DNA of 64,000 nucleotides, from positions 2,528,001 through 2,592,000 of the forward strand of contig OZ244960.1 of NCBI GenBank assembly GCA_965222605.1, in the 5' to 3' direction. Of this stretch, positions 30,712 through 40,828 are shown piece after piece; positions within the stretch are counted from its first letter, which is position 1, and each line of letters starts with the position of its first letter. Made by a program: the position numbers and the translations under genes. The stretch is from Candidatus Latescibacterota bacterium (GTDB taxonomy: Bacteria > Latescibacterota > UBA2968). The notes beneath the pieces were generated by a model that worked only from the letters and a program-made list of their open reading frames with translations, had not been told where the DNA came from and made no database searches.

Positions 30712-30749
30712 AAGCCCGTCAATCACATAAGCATTGACGGGCTATTTTC
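30712..30749 (+). terminator. Intrinsic terminator between convergent genes
   Basis: AGCCCGTCAAT...ATTGACGGGCT hairpin followed by ATTTT. Confidence 0.7.
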
Positions 30750-30773
30750 TGTACCTGAAGGTGTGATTTTTAT

Positions 30774-31859
30774 TTATCCACACCCCCCATCCAAATACCC
30801 CCGCGTAATATCAATAATCAACGCGATATCATACCGCGCATCCTCCACGGGTGTGCGGCACGGCTCGCCATCTGTAATACAGGTGTGAAAATGCCGGAGT
30901 TCTCGCACAAAAGGACTTTCCCAATCAATTTCGGGACTGCGCGTACCGTGTGATCCACTGGCGTGAATTTCCAGTACATCGAGCGTTGACAAAATACCCC
31001 GCGCAAAACCCGTGGGATACGACAGGATAATGCGCTTGTCATCTTTGTGGACCTCGAGCGTCTCCTTAAAATGCCACAGATCGGGCAAATCGATCCATGT
31101 AGCCACACACCGCGCCCTCGATGCATATTGCAGAATCGTCGTCATAGCCCGCCCGCCTTGCCACACCTCGGTACTCACCACGCGCGTCGGATTGCCCAGC
31201 ATGAGACGCAAACCGTACAAATCGTGAATCATACTCCCCGACAGCGTAAAAAACGCCCGCGCAACATCATCCGACACATCGCCCACCGCCTGATTCAAAG
31301 CAACCTGCCGCGCTTCGTTTCTCTCGGCTGCGGCTTCGGGCGGCAAATCGTCAAAATAGGTCAACTCAAACTGTTTCAGATGCAAGTTATTATTCGGATG
31401 CAAATGATTCACCTGCACAAAACGCACATCGCCCGCATCCCCCACCTCTTCCCGAGCCAATTCATACGCCGGATCGTAAACCTTCATATAGCCCACCTGT
31501 CCCACCGTCCCCGCTTTCTCCTTCGCAGCGCATATCGCATCGACTTCCTCGAGCGAATAACACATCGGCTTTTCAATAAAAACGTGCTTACCCGCCGCAA
31601 ATGCCGCCACCGCCAGTTCCGTCTTCGGATCCGCATGGCACAGAATCACCGCATCTACATCCCGCGCATTTAACAACTCATGCGGATCCGTGGTATAATT
31701 CGGCACGCCAAAAACCTCTGCCAGCCACCTCGCCAACCCCGGCGAAATATCACATACCCACGTCACCTCATATAGCGCGTGTAAAATCGCCAAATTTGGC
31801 ATATGCTGCACCTGTGCAATCGCGCCGCATCCAATAATCCCCATCCTGATCTTCGACAT
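30774..31859 (-). CDS. Gfo/Idh/MocA oxidoreductase
   Basis: GIIGCGAIA, HVFIEKP and IHD. Confidence 0.9.
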   Translation of the reverse strand: MSKIRMGIIGCGAIAQVQHMPNLAILHALYEVTWVCDISPGLARWLAEVFGVPNYTTDPHELLNARDVDAVILCHADPKTELAVAAFAAGKHVFIEKPMCYSLEEVDAICAAKEKAGTVGQVGYMKVYDPAYELAREEVGDAGDVRFVQVNHLHPNNNLHLKQFELTYFDDLPPEAAAERNEARQVALNQAVGDVSDDVARAFFTLSGSMIHDLYGLRLMLGNPTRVVSTEVWQGGRAMTTILQYASRARCVATWIDLPDLWHFKETLEVHKDDKRIILSYPTGFARGILSTLDVLEIHASGSHGTRSPEIDWESPFVRELRHFHTCITDGEPCRTPVEDARYDIALIIDITRGYLDGGCG

Positions 31860-31874
31860 TATACCCTCCTGCAT

Positions 31875-32474
31875 TTATGCAACCGTCAAATTTTCCACCA
31901 CAGCACTAACCCCGGCAACCACACCTGTACGAATCGTCTCTAACGCCATACTCGGTTGCGACCTGTCCAGTTCCGCAACAAGTTCTGGCGTAGGCGGCAC
32001 ATGAATAAACCCCGCAGGCATATCGCCGCCATTCTCAGCGATCAGATGCAGCACAGAATACATAATATGATTACACAAAAACGTACCCGCCGAATACGTC
32101 AACCGCGCCAGCACTCCGGCATCCTCCATCCGCTGAACCATAGCCCGGGTCGGCAACGTGGAAAAATAGGCATCCGGACCCCCTTCAACAATGGGATAAT
32201 CAACCCCATCTATCACCTTCAAATTAATACCAACGCGCTCGACATGGAGCGCAGACGCAGAACCGTGCAGCCCCAAACACACCACCGCTGCCGGCTCGTG
32301 TTCTGCAATAAGCCGGGTAACTTGGGCAATATCTGCCCCGTGAACAACCGGCAACACCGCAGAAACAACCTCGCATCCACCAATCGAAGTCCCGTCCAGA
32401 GACTCAGCCACAGCCCCCGACGGATTGGACGACCACTCTGCCCAGGGTTCAAAACCCGTCAGTAAAATTTTCAC
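31875..32474 (-). CDS. pcp: Pyroglutamyl-peptidase I (C15)
   Basis: LLTGFEP, NPS, AGTFLCN and GFIHVP. Confidence 0.92.
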   Translation of the reverse strand: MKILLTGFEPWAEWSSNPSGAVAESLDGTSIGGCEVVSAVLPVVHGADIAQVTRLIAEHEPAAVVCLGLHGSASALHVERVGINLKVIDGVDYPIVEGGPDAYFSTLPTRAMVQRMEDAGVLARLTYSAGTFLCNHIMYSVLHLIAENGGDMPAGFIHVPPTPELVAELDRSQPSMALETIRTGVVAGVSAVVENLTVA

Positions 32475-34531
32475 GCGACCTCCTCAGGTGTGATACAAGA
32501 AACCATACGCCCGCCCGTGATTTTGACGCCCTCACATTGGACAGCTTCAATAGTGACGTCACCCTTATCCCAAATCACAGTACCTGTCCCCATCGCCTCG
32601 ATATGGATCTCGCCCTCGGGCATCACAAGCGTCAAAGGTTCGGGATCCGCGCCGTGAAAAGCAGCCACATAGCGATCGGTCTGCGGACAGGCAAAAAGCC
32701 ATGCGGGCTGGCTTCCGCAGATCAGCATAGCATCTCCAACCGAAATCTCGCCCGTACTGCTTTGCCGGGCAAAAGGCGACTCGAGCGGGGGCCAGCCGAG
32801 AGCACCTTCGTGAGTCCAACGTTTCTGAAGATGCCACGCCAGCAGATCGATCTGGATGCCGAGCGTCTGACCATCGCGGGTATATTCGACAGACCACGGT
32901 CGCGTCTTCCCCGCTTCATAAGTCACAGGAGGCGCAGCATCGTCTTTCAGCGTACCACCAGCAACCGCCCGCACAAAAGTTTGCACATCGGGATAATCCG
33001 AACGCTCTGCCATCTCCGCATAAAAACCGCACCGGGGTTTGCCCTGATAAAAAGACCCGGGATGCCCCTGTTCCCAAAAAGTCTTGGACGGACCGAGGTA
33101 ATTGTAGAGTTCCAAAAAAAGATGGGTATCATGCTCGACCAGACGAAGAGGCGCATTGCGACCCAGATTCGTGCGAGCGAGCGGACGAATCGCAATCAAA
33201 ACGGAACCGAGCGCAACACCGACCGTGGCATTCTCAGGAATATCAAACGGAAAGTCCTCCACTATCTCATCATCAACCCAAATCTCATCGACCAGACCGC
33301 GGTCGTGCCAGCACACAACGGCTTTGGCACTATTTCGCGGCGCCATTGCACCCAGATCCTTGGGCGAATAGAGAACAATCGCCCGGGAACCATCCTGGAC
33401 ATTGTGGCACTGGCCCTCTTCAAAAAGAATCTGATCATTAGATCGGGCGGGCGTTGAGCGAAACGAACCGAGCCAGTGGTCATCGAGCACATACCGAGAA
33501 TAAATAATACCCGTCTGATCCGTATCCGTTTTATGGTGCGCAATAAAAACACTCGACTGCCCGGTAATAAAGCGATTGGTCTGACTGCGGAGTTCCTGAG
33601 AGGAAACCCCCAGCGCAAAAGAGGGACTGTGATACGTGGAGATCCCCACGCCATTCTCCGAATCGGCAGTCTCCGCGAAAAAAAATGTCTCTGGATGGTA
33701 GTCAAGCGCATCGGCGAGCCAGGCGGGAAGAAGACCTGTCTCAATATATTCGCGAAAATCATCGATTTCCGGTGGCATCTGACAGAAAAGCGCGTGACGG
33801 TACGCGCGGCTAAAAGGACCTGCCCAGCGACCAGTAGGCGGATGAATATGCAGAGCTGCGGAAAGACCAATACGCGCGCACATCATCCTGGCACCAATGC
33901 GCGTAGGCGCGTGCTGGACGAGTTCGCCCAGCCGGTGCAAAACGCGCATCGCCACATTCGCGTAATTGGGACTATTAAACTCGTACGCACAGCCGTTTCG
34001 GGTCGTAAAATCCATCCACGCCTGAAACTTCTGATAACCCCGGTTCTCGAACGCCTCATCCCCGAGCAATTCCCCACCCAAACACGTATTGGTAATATCC
34101 TTAACCACAATATTGGTATAGCGAAAATGGACATCAATCCGGCGAACCTCTTCCAGACCCAGGCGAATACTCTGGCGGACGCGATTCTGCATATCCGTAG
34201 AAAGCACATCCCCATGGTTAATCATCAAAGGAATAAGCTGGAAAAGACAAAATTGGACCGCATTGAGATCTTCCACCACCTCGTCCTCGCGCTCCCAGAG
34301 AAAATTCCCCAGATGGGGATCGCCCTCACGCGTCTCCTGACAGGCGAGCATCGCATCGAGCACTTCCTCAGCCAGATCGATATCTTCACGGGTACCATTC
34401 GCCAGAAGATCATTCGCAAACTCAGCAGCCATACGGGGCGCGTGATACGTCTTGCCCTCCTCCTGTCGCGCCAGCATACAGGTATCGGGATTGAAATTCG
34501 AGGGAATTGGAAGAGGTTGCGTTTCGGACAT
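32471..34531 (-). CDS. Conserved hypothetical protein (helical N-terminus, beta-rich C-terminus; possibly polysaccharide-lyase-like)
   Basis: ~686 aa ORF coupled to pcp; YTNI and EFNSP.Y motifs. Confidence 0.6.
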   Translation of the reverse strand: MSETQPLPIPSNFNPDTCMLARQEEGKTYHAPRMAAEFANDLLANGTREDIDLAEEVLDAMLACQETREGDPHLGNFLWEREDEVVEDLNAVQFCLFQLIPLMINHGDVLSTDMQNRVRQSIRLGLEEVRRIDVHFRYTNIVVKDITNTCLGGELLGDEAFENRGYQKFQAWMDFTTRNGCAYEFNSPNYANVAMRVLHRLGELVQHAPTRIGARMMCARIGLSAALHIHPPTGRWAGPFSRAYRHALFCQMPPEIDDFREYIETGLLPAWLADALDYHPETFFFAETADSENGVGISTYHSPSFALGVSSQELRSQTNRFITGQSSVFIAHHKTDTDQTGIIYSRYVLDDHWLGSFRSTPARSNDQILFEEGQCHNVQDGSRAIVLYSPKDLGAMAPRNSAKAVVCWHDRGLVDEIWVDDEIVEDFPFDIPENATVGVALGSVLIAIRPLARTNLGRNAPLRLVEHDTHLFLELYNYLGPSKTFWEQGHPGSFYQGKPRCGFYAEMAERSDYPDVQTFVRAVAGGTLKDDAAPPVTYEAGKTRPWSVEYTRDGQTLGIQIDLLAWHLQKRWTHEGALGWPPLESPFARQSSTGEISVGDAMLICGSQPAWLFACPQTDRYVAAFHGADPEPLTLVMPEGEIHIEAMGTGTVIWDKGDVTIEAVQCEGVKITGGRMVSCITPEEVA

Positions 34532-34548
34532 AGTGGACTCCGATAATA

Positions 34549-34577
34549 TTGACACTTCATAGAAAGTTATGTACAAT
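34549..34577 (+). promoter_or_regulatory. Putative sigma70 promoter
   Basis: TTGACA-17 nt-TACAAT. Confidence 0.65.
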
Positions 34578-34617
34578 GCGGTAGGTAGTCAGTCCCCAGC
34601 CCCTCAAGGAGCCTCCC

Positions 34618-35469
34618 ATGGCAGAAGCCGTATCCAGCGAAACGCCCATCGCGATACATGAACCATCCCTCTACGACACGACCAGACGGGCCGACTATCT
34701 CGACACCCTTAACGACATCGACGATCGTCAAATCGCCCGGTTTCACGAACAGGGATACCTCGCCATTCGGCGGGCATTTACACCGCAACAAATCGAATCT
34801 GTCGGCCAGGCCATGTGGGACCTCATCGACGGCAAGAGCCAGGACTTCAAAGGCATACTGGCCGAAGCTGCCAAACGCGGGCATTTTTCCGAACTCACAG
34901 GCGAAGCGCGCCGCGATAGCGTGCGAAAAATCTGGAAATTCGTCGATCACGACACGCGGCTCAACGACCTCGCCCATGACCCAAACATCCTCTCCGTCCT
35001 CTCTCGCCTGATGGATGACACACCCGTACTCTTTCAGGACATGGGCTTGATCAAACCCCCGCACATAGGCCGCGAAAAACCCTGGCATCAGGACTGCGCG
35101 TACTTCAATTATCCCGTAGGCACCACCGTCGTCGGCGTATGGATCGCGATTGACGCCGCAACAGAAGAAAACGGGTGCTTGCACATCATCCCCGGCTCAC
35201 ATCGCGAAGGTCCCACCCCACATTTCAGGCGGCGCGACTGGCAAATATGCGACACAGACGTCGCCGTACCCAAAAACGTCACCGTCCCACTCGACCCCGG
35301 CGGATGCCTCTTCTGGCACGGCATGACCCATCACGGCAGCCCAACCAACCGATCCGCCCACCGCCGCAGAGCACTGCAATACCACTACCGCCCCCAAAGC
35401 ACCGTGGAAATGACCGCAAAAGAACGCCTGTCCATCTACGGCGGCGACGAACTCGGGGTAACGTGCTAA
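34618..35469 (+). CDS. PhyH-family Fe(II)/2OG dioxygenase, canonical HxD
   Basis: KPWHQD, NGCL..IPGSH, THHGS and RRA. Confidence 0.9.
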   Translation: MAEAVSSETPIAIHEPSLYDTTRRADYLDTLNDIDDRQIARFHEQGYLAIRRAFTPQQIESVGQAMWDLIDGKSQDFKGILAEAAKRGHFSELTGEARRDSVRKIWKFVDHDTRLNDLAHDPNILSVLSRLMDDTPVLFQDMGLIKPPHIGREKPWHQDCAYFNYPVGTTVVGVWIAIDAATEENGCLHIIPGSHREGPTPHFRRRDWQICDTDVAVPKNVTVPLDPGGCLFWHGMTHHGSPTNRSAHRRRALQYHYRPQSTVEMTAKERLSIYGGDELGVTC

Positions 35470-35474
35470 ACCAC

Positions 35475-37761
35475 CTATCCTGCAGCCCATCCCTCTGAAA
35501 GCATCTCCGCCTGTCTCAAAACCGTAAGCGTCGCGTTATCCGCTTTGTCTGGCGGATAACCGTGCTTGCGCAGAATGCGCTTGACTAACCGCCGCAAATT
35601 CGCGCGCACATTCTCTCGCAGCGTCCAATCAATCGTTACATTTTCGCGCACGGTCCTCACCAGTTCGCGTGCAATGGTGCGAAGCGTCTCATCGCCCAAA
35701 ACTTGAACCGCGCTATCATTGGTTTCAAGCGCGTCGTAAAAAGCCAGTTCCTCCTCAGTCATACCAAGGCTTTCACCCCGCGCCTGAGCCTCGCGCATGT
35801 CCTTCCCCAGCTTAATCAACTCATCAATAATATACGCCGCCTCAACGGTGCGATTCTGGTAACGCAGAATAGTCTGCTCCAGCATATCGGCGAACGACCG
35901 CGCCTGCACCACATTCTTCCGCATGCGACTGGAAATCTCGCCCTTGAGCAACTTTTCAAGCAACTCCACAGCGAGATTGCGCTGCGGCATACCCCGCACC
36001 TCAGCCAAAAACTCGTCGGACAATACCGAAATATCGGGCTTATCCAACCCCGCCGCGGCAAAAATATCCGTCACCTCGTCGGACGCCACCGCACGCGAAA
36101 CGATCTGACGCACCGCGAGATCCAATTCCTCTTGCGGACGCGCATCGACTGGCGCGCGTTTGCCCAACACCGATCGCATCAACTTCCTCACCCTCTGTAG
36201 CCTCCTCAAACTCCGGGTCAACCGTCGGTTTCTCTCCTTCATCCAATGACAGCCTGGCAAGGCGGCTCTCGTAGTAAATCGGCACCGTAGCACCATCTTC
36301 TACCGAACGCTGAATATCGTAAATACTAATATAATTGCCAAACACAGCGCGGGTATTGGCATCCTGCAACTCAATAGGTGTACCAGTAAAACCGACAAAA
36401 GAAGCATTGGGCAGAGCATCGCGCATGTGCCTCGCGAACCCATCGATAAAATCGTACTGGCTGCGATGGGCCTCATCGGCAATAACCACAATATTGCGCC
36501 GTGCCGAAAGCTCCGGATGGATGTCGACATTCTCTTCCGGGAAAAACTTCTGAATAGTAGTAAACACCACGCCCCCGGACGCTACAGAGAGCTTTTGACG
36601 CAAGTCGGCGCGGTTGCTCGCTTGTATTGGCGTTTGACGCAGCAAATCCTGACAACGAGAAAACGTACCAAAAAGCTGATCATCGAGATCATTGCGATCC
36701 GTCAAAACCACAATCGTCGGATTCTCCATCACCGGATCGCGGACAATAGCCCCGGCATAAAAAGCCATAGTCAAACTCTTACCCGACCCCTGAGTATGCC
36801 ACACCACGCCAATGCGCTGATCACCCGGCGCACCTCCCGGTTGCTGACCCGACTCGTAACGTCCGCCCCCTTCCGCGCCCCCACGCCCCGCATGCTGCAA
36901 TTCCACCGCGCGCCGCGTCTCACCCACAGCCACCCGCACCGCGTGAAACTGGTGATAACCCGCCATCTTCTTCGCCAGCGCACCGCTGCCATCATCCTCA
37001 AAAACAATAAAATCGCGCACCAGCGAAAGAAAACGCCCGACATCGCAGACACCTTCGAGCATCACCTGCAATTCGGGCATATTGGAATCTGCCAGATCTT
37101 CACCTGAAATCGTACGCCAGGGCTTGAACCACTCGCGCCCGGCAGTCAGCGTACCAACCCGCGCCTCCATCCCATCCGAAACCATCAAAGCCGCGTTCAT
37201 GGCAAACAGCGTCGGCAACTCCTCCTTATACGTCTGAAGCTGCTGCCACGCAGACCATATCGTAGCATCCTCATCCACCGGGTTCTTGAGTTCAATAATC
37301 CCCAGAGGCAAGCCATTCACGAACAGGATCACATCCGGACGTCGGGTGTTCTTATTTTCAGTAACAGTGAATTGATTGACCGCGAGCCAGTCGTTATTGG
37401 AGGGATCGTCAAAATCAATAACCTTCACCTGCGCCCCACGCACAACCCCAGCGTCCCTGTATTCCACATTAACGCCATTCACAATCAGACGATGAAAAGC
37501 GCGATTGCGAAACTCCAGCGATGTTCCCTCAAGACGGGTCAGTTTGCGAAAAGCATCATCCAACGCGCCCGCGGGAAGATCGGAATTGAGCCGCGCAAGC
37601 GCATCCTGCAACCGCCGCGCCAGAACCACATCTCCATAATCCGTTCGTTCTGCACCCGGCGTATCAGGAGCTATATCGGGACCATGAACAACGCCCCAGC
37701 CGAGGCTCTTCAGATAGGCGAGCGCGGCGTCCTCTACAGTAGATTCAGTGAGAGAGGCCAT
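35475..37761 (-). pseudogene. hsdR: Type I restriction enzyme R subunit, internally deleted and frameshifted near 36179
   Basis: RPD...IELK nuclease, [12 protein letters not shown] and FTGTP in one frame; DUF3387-like C-terminus (IDW...KHGYPPD) in another; the later helicase motifs are absent. Confidence 0.88.
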
Positions 37762-38007
37762 TGAGATTTTCCGTTATGCCGCCATCGGGATACGTCAGTG
37801 GCGTTCGCACCCGCACCCCCTCTTGCGGAGCCGGTGAACACTCGAATGGGTACCCGCGCCAAGTCAGATCCTCCGGCGCACACACCATTTGCGCGAGTGT
37901 GGTCTTGCCGCACTGGCGTGGGCCATGAATCAAGACGACAGGTCAGTCTTCCAATGCCTCTGCCAGTCGCCGTTCCACATAGCGGGGTAGAAAACGATCT
38001 CAGTCAT
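37745..38007 (-). pseudogene. Chimeric remnant: AAA+ ATPase (AAA_14/DUF4143-type) N-terminus joined to a DUF1828-like fragment
   Basis: MTEIVFYP/RYVERRLAEALED*PVVLIHGPRQCGKTT with one frameshift and a TGA at 37943-37945, followed by FECS...VRVRTPLTYPDG. Confidence 0.6.
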
Positions 38008-38028
38008 CGGCCAATCGCAATCTATTTA

Positions 38029-38069
38029 TGCGTCCAATTGAAAGGTTATAGTGCGTCCAATTGAAAGGT
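38029..38069. repeat. Perfect 18 bp direct repeat, probable operator
   Basis: TGCGTCCAATTGAAAGGT at 38029 and 38052. Confidence 0.8.
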
Positions 38070-38136
38070 ACAAAGAAGGGTGATCATTGGAATTTTCCGT
38101 TGCTCTTGCCACAAATTTCTCCCGCACAGACATGGG

Positions 38137-39279
38137 CTATTCGTCCTCGTCCGGCGCATCCTCATTCAAAATGATATCTACAATGCGCGGGTTCAGCAAT
38201 CGCCAGCGTTGCCCGGTTCGCTCGAGATCGCCTTCCATGACGAGCGGCGACTTAGTCTCGTGAGCCTGTATCGCCCGCTCGTAATCAGACTGTTTCAAAA
38301 CGGCCACAACGACTTGGTTTTGCCCGTCAATGGATGCCCGCATGGCAATAGTTCCTTTCGTATCCATCTCATCGCGTTTCAGCCTCTGCACGATGCCAAA
38401 CAGGCACATATCTGGTCGTGGTTCGCGGTCGCGAAATGATCGTGCGGCCTCGCGCAGGATCGGAGCATCATGCGAGGCGAAGCGAACGACATTCCGGGCT
38501 GTACTCATCGGATGTGTGCGAGCCCAAACCAGACTGATGTCCAGTATCGGGAACGGCTCAATCAGCTTGACGAGTGCCTCGCACAAATTGGCACTCACGC
38601 CACTCGCTACGGCTTCCGAGAACGCACCAGCGTCTCCAACAACCGTTTTTTCGGTCGCCTCGCGGGTAGCTGCCAGCGCGTCCGCCAGACGCCTTGTTAC
38701 TTGCCGCTCAATCGGGTCATCGCTGTATTCCAACGTCGAAAATATCTGCTGTTGTATCGGGGGAGAAATAACGGGACTCAACAGCGTAATGGCGAAGCTA
38801 CTTTGTTCGGTCTGCCCCAAGCGAACCCGGTTCAGGTAGGCCCTAGCCTCTCTGTTGGCACCCGCGCGATAGATGGGCTGTGCTCCTTGAAGCGAGCAGG
38901 CGGCAGCGAGGATCATGTCGCTTGCGCCACTCAGGAGATCGATCCCATCGCTCACTACCAAACTGCCGCTTTCGTCGCTATCAACGGCCCGGACACGCAC
39001 CACGTCGCGATCAGCCATCGCCAAGTCGCGATAGAGGGCAAGTTCGTCAACCTCGGCAACCTCGGCGAAAATTTCAATGATCATCGAGACGACTCTGGCG
39101 TAATCACCCAGGTGTGCAGTTCGCGGCAAAATGATCTCGGGTAGTCCCTCGCCCATAAATACATCGGAATGCTTGCCGTAGGTATCGACCTTGGTCCAAC
39201 CGGCTGTGCGAGCGTAAGCAGACAACGCCGCAGGAGAAACCTCAAGCAAGGCTTTCTTGTCTTGGATACTAACTTTCAT
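38137..39279 (-). CDS. Hypothetical protein, partner of the DUF4365-like gene
   Basis: Intact 380 aa ORF; GGAGG RBS; ATGA overlap with the upstream gene. Confidence 0.75.
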   Translation of the reverse strand: MKVSIQDKKALLEVSPAALSAYARTAGWTKVDTYGKHSDVFMGEGLPEIILPRTAHLGDYARVVSMIIEIFAEVAEVDELALYRDLAMADRDVVRVRAVDSDESGSLVVSDGIDLLSGASDMILAAACSLQGAQPIYRAGANREARAYLNRVRLGQTEQSSFAITLLSPVISPPIQQQIFSTLEYSDDPIERQVTRRLADALAATREATEKTVVGDAGAFSEAVASGVSANLCEALVKLIEPFPILDISLVWARTHPMSTARNVVRFASHDAPILREAARSFRDREPRPDMCLFGIVQRLKRDEMDTKGTIAMRASIDGQNQVVVAVLKQSDYERAIQAHETKSPLVMEGDLERTGQRWRLLNPRIVDIILNEDAPDEDE

Positions 39280-39676
39280 CGGTTTCCTCCTTTTCTCGAT
39301 TGTTCCATTAGCGCACGCAAACCTTCGACATTGAACAGATTCTCTTCAGGGATGCGGACGGTAACAGACGACTGGTTAGCGGTTTCTTCGTATCCTTGCA
39401 GATTAAGCCAATAGGCCCGATGCCTAAGTATAAGTTCAGCTTCGGTGATTGTCATCCATTGTTGTTCGTCTTTCGGCAAATCAAGCACCATGAATAGCCG
39501 AAGGTTATGGGTTTCAATACGCAGGTCATTATAATTTTTGATGCCCAGCGGGAAGTGCAGGAACCCGTCACGAGGCCATTCCAAGTTGACGGTAGCTTTC
39601 AACTGCAAATCGATCAGGGGCCGCATCCTACCACCGGCACGGATGCACAGGTCTCATACCGTTTTTTACGTCCATG
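39276..39676 (-). pseudogene. DUF4365-like PD-(D/E)XK protein, 5' truncated or frameshifted
   Basis: DLCIRAGG..RP.IDLQLKAT, NYNDLR and AYW.NL; the frame is closed by a TGA just upstream and the N-terminal helix is missing. Confidence 0.65.
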
Positions 39677-39679
39677 TTC

Positions 39680-40519
39680 TTACCCCCTATCACTCCTCTT
39701 CACCTGCGGCTCTCGTGGGAGCAGCACTTGTGGTTGCACAATGCGGCGGCGTTGGGGTGTCAGACGTTCCAGCAACTCTGGCGAAGGCTGGTACCCGTGC
39801 CGGAAATTCCCCCACGAAGGCCCGTACCGATACACCGCGATACGCCGCGTCCCCGCATTGACCCGCTTCGCCGACCCGTGTGAAATCCCATCCACAAAAA
39901 GCAGCACATCGCCCGCCTTCATAAACACCTCAATCGCGCCCACCGTACCCTCCACAGACCTGTCCTTCCCCATCCTCTGCTCATCGTAATACGGATGCCT
40001 GAAATTCGCTTTGTGACTCCCCGGAATCAACATCGTCCCTCCATCGCCCGGACCAATATCCGTCAGCGCCATCAGCACATTGACCTGCCCGCACATAAAC
40101 CGTCCGCCGTGATACCGAAACTGATTCCTGACAATAGGCGGAAACCCGCCCGAATGCAACCCAATAGCCTCGCCCGGCTCGCGAAAATTGGCCAAACACT
40201 CATCGATAAACATCGGACCGTGATGGTGATCAAACGTCCCCTCCGCACCGATGAAAAGCTTGACATGCTCAAACCAAGACGGATGATCAATCAGCTTCTC
40301 GTACGGCTCGCCCGCCTCATAAATCTGCTGATAATTGATCCCCGACGTCACATCGCCATACGTATGGCTTTGAATATAACCATACCATTCGCCCGGCTTC
40401 AGTGCGGGAATCTCATCCAAACAATCATTCAACGCCTGAACCTCATCGCCAGTCAGCGCACCCTCCAAATGCAAGTACCCGCGCAAATCAAACAAATAAA
40501 CATCGAGATCTGAAACCAT
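39680..40519 (-). CDS. PhyH-like Fe(II)/2OG enzyme with HxG motif
   Basis: YLFDLRGY, GLHSGG, GG...IPGSHK, ISHGS and RR. Confidence 0.85.
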   Translation of the reverse strand: MVSDLDVYLFDLRGYLHLEGALTGDEVQALNDCLDEIPALKPGEWYGYIQSHTYGDVTSGINYQQIYEAGEPYEKLIDHPSWFEHVKLFIGAEGTFDHHHGPMFIDECLANFREPGEAIGLHSGGFPPIVRNQFRYHGGRFMCGQVNVLMALTDIGPGDGGTMLIPGSHKANFRHPYYDEQRMGKDRSVEGTVGAIEVFMKAGDVLLFVDGISHGSAKRVNAGTRRIAVYRYGPSWGNFRHGYQPSPELLERLTPQRRRIVQPQVLLPREPQVKRSDRG

Positions 40520-40605
40520 TGTCACGCTCCTTGTCAATATTATCTATGTCACATCGCAAGTTATGATAAACTCTTATAGGCTTAAAATCCATATCATTTT
40601 TTACA

Positions 40606-40750
40606 AGCGGTCAGCTATTAGCGGTCAGCCGTCAGCAAAACCCTTCTGGATCGCGGCTTAAAGCATGCCGCGATGACACACGGGGGCACAGGGACCGTCC
40701 CCTACAACACACCGACGCGATGACGGGCGGGCACGGGGACCCGCCCCTAC
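40606..40750. repeat. Mosaic intergenic repeat cluster (heptamer array, palindromic REP, two GTAG REPs)
   Basis: AGCGGTCAGCTATTAGCGGTCAGCCGTCAGC; CTGGATCGCGGC-N7-GCCGCGATGAC; two GGGCAC...CCCCTAC copies. Confidence 0.75.
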
Positions 40751-40828
40751 AATACACCGCATCTTCCTTCACACTTCCTACTTCACACTTGCCACAATAC
40801 CCATCTCATTATATACTTTGGAAATACA

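Noticed and set aside
36160-36200. Programmed frameshift in hsdR
   Set aside because: No slippery sequence, and the C-terminal helicase motifs are missing altogether, so a deletion explains it better
37943-37945. In-frame TGA as selenocysteine or readthrough
   Set aside because: The same remnant also has a frameshift and a truncation, and no SECIS-like hairpin is evident
38029-38069. Repeat containing ATTGAAAG, like a CRISPR repeat end
   Set aside because: Only two copies, a 5 nt gap instead of a spacer, and no cas genes in the window
35470-39680. Prophage or integrative element
   Set aside because: No integrase, transposase, structural genes or att-like flanking repeats are visible
40606-40790. 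tRNA or other ncRNA in this structured intergenic region
   Set aside because: The hairpins are explained by dispersed REP and heptamer repeats; no cloverleaf or TTCGA T-loop
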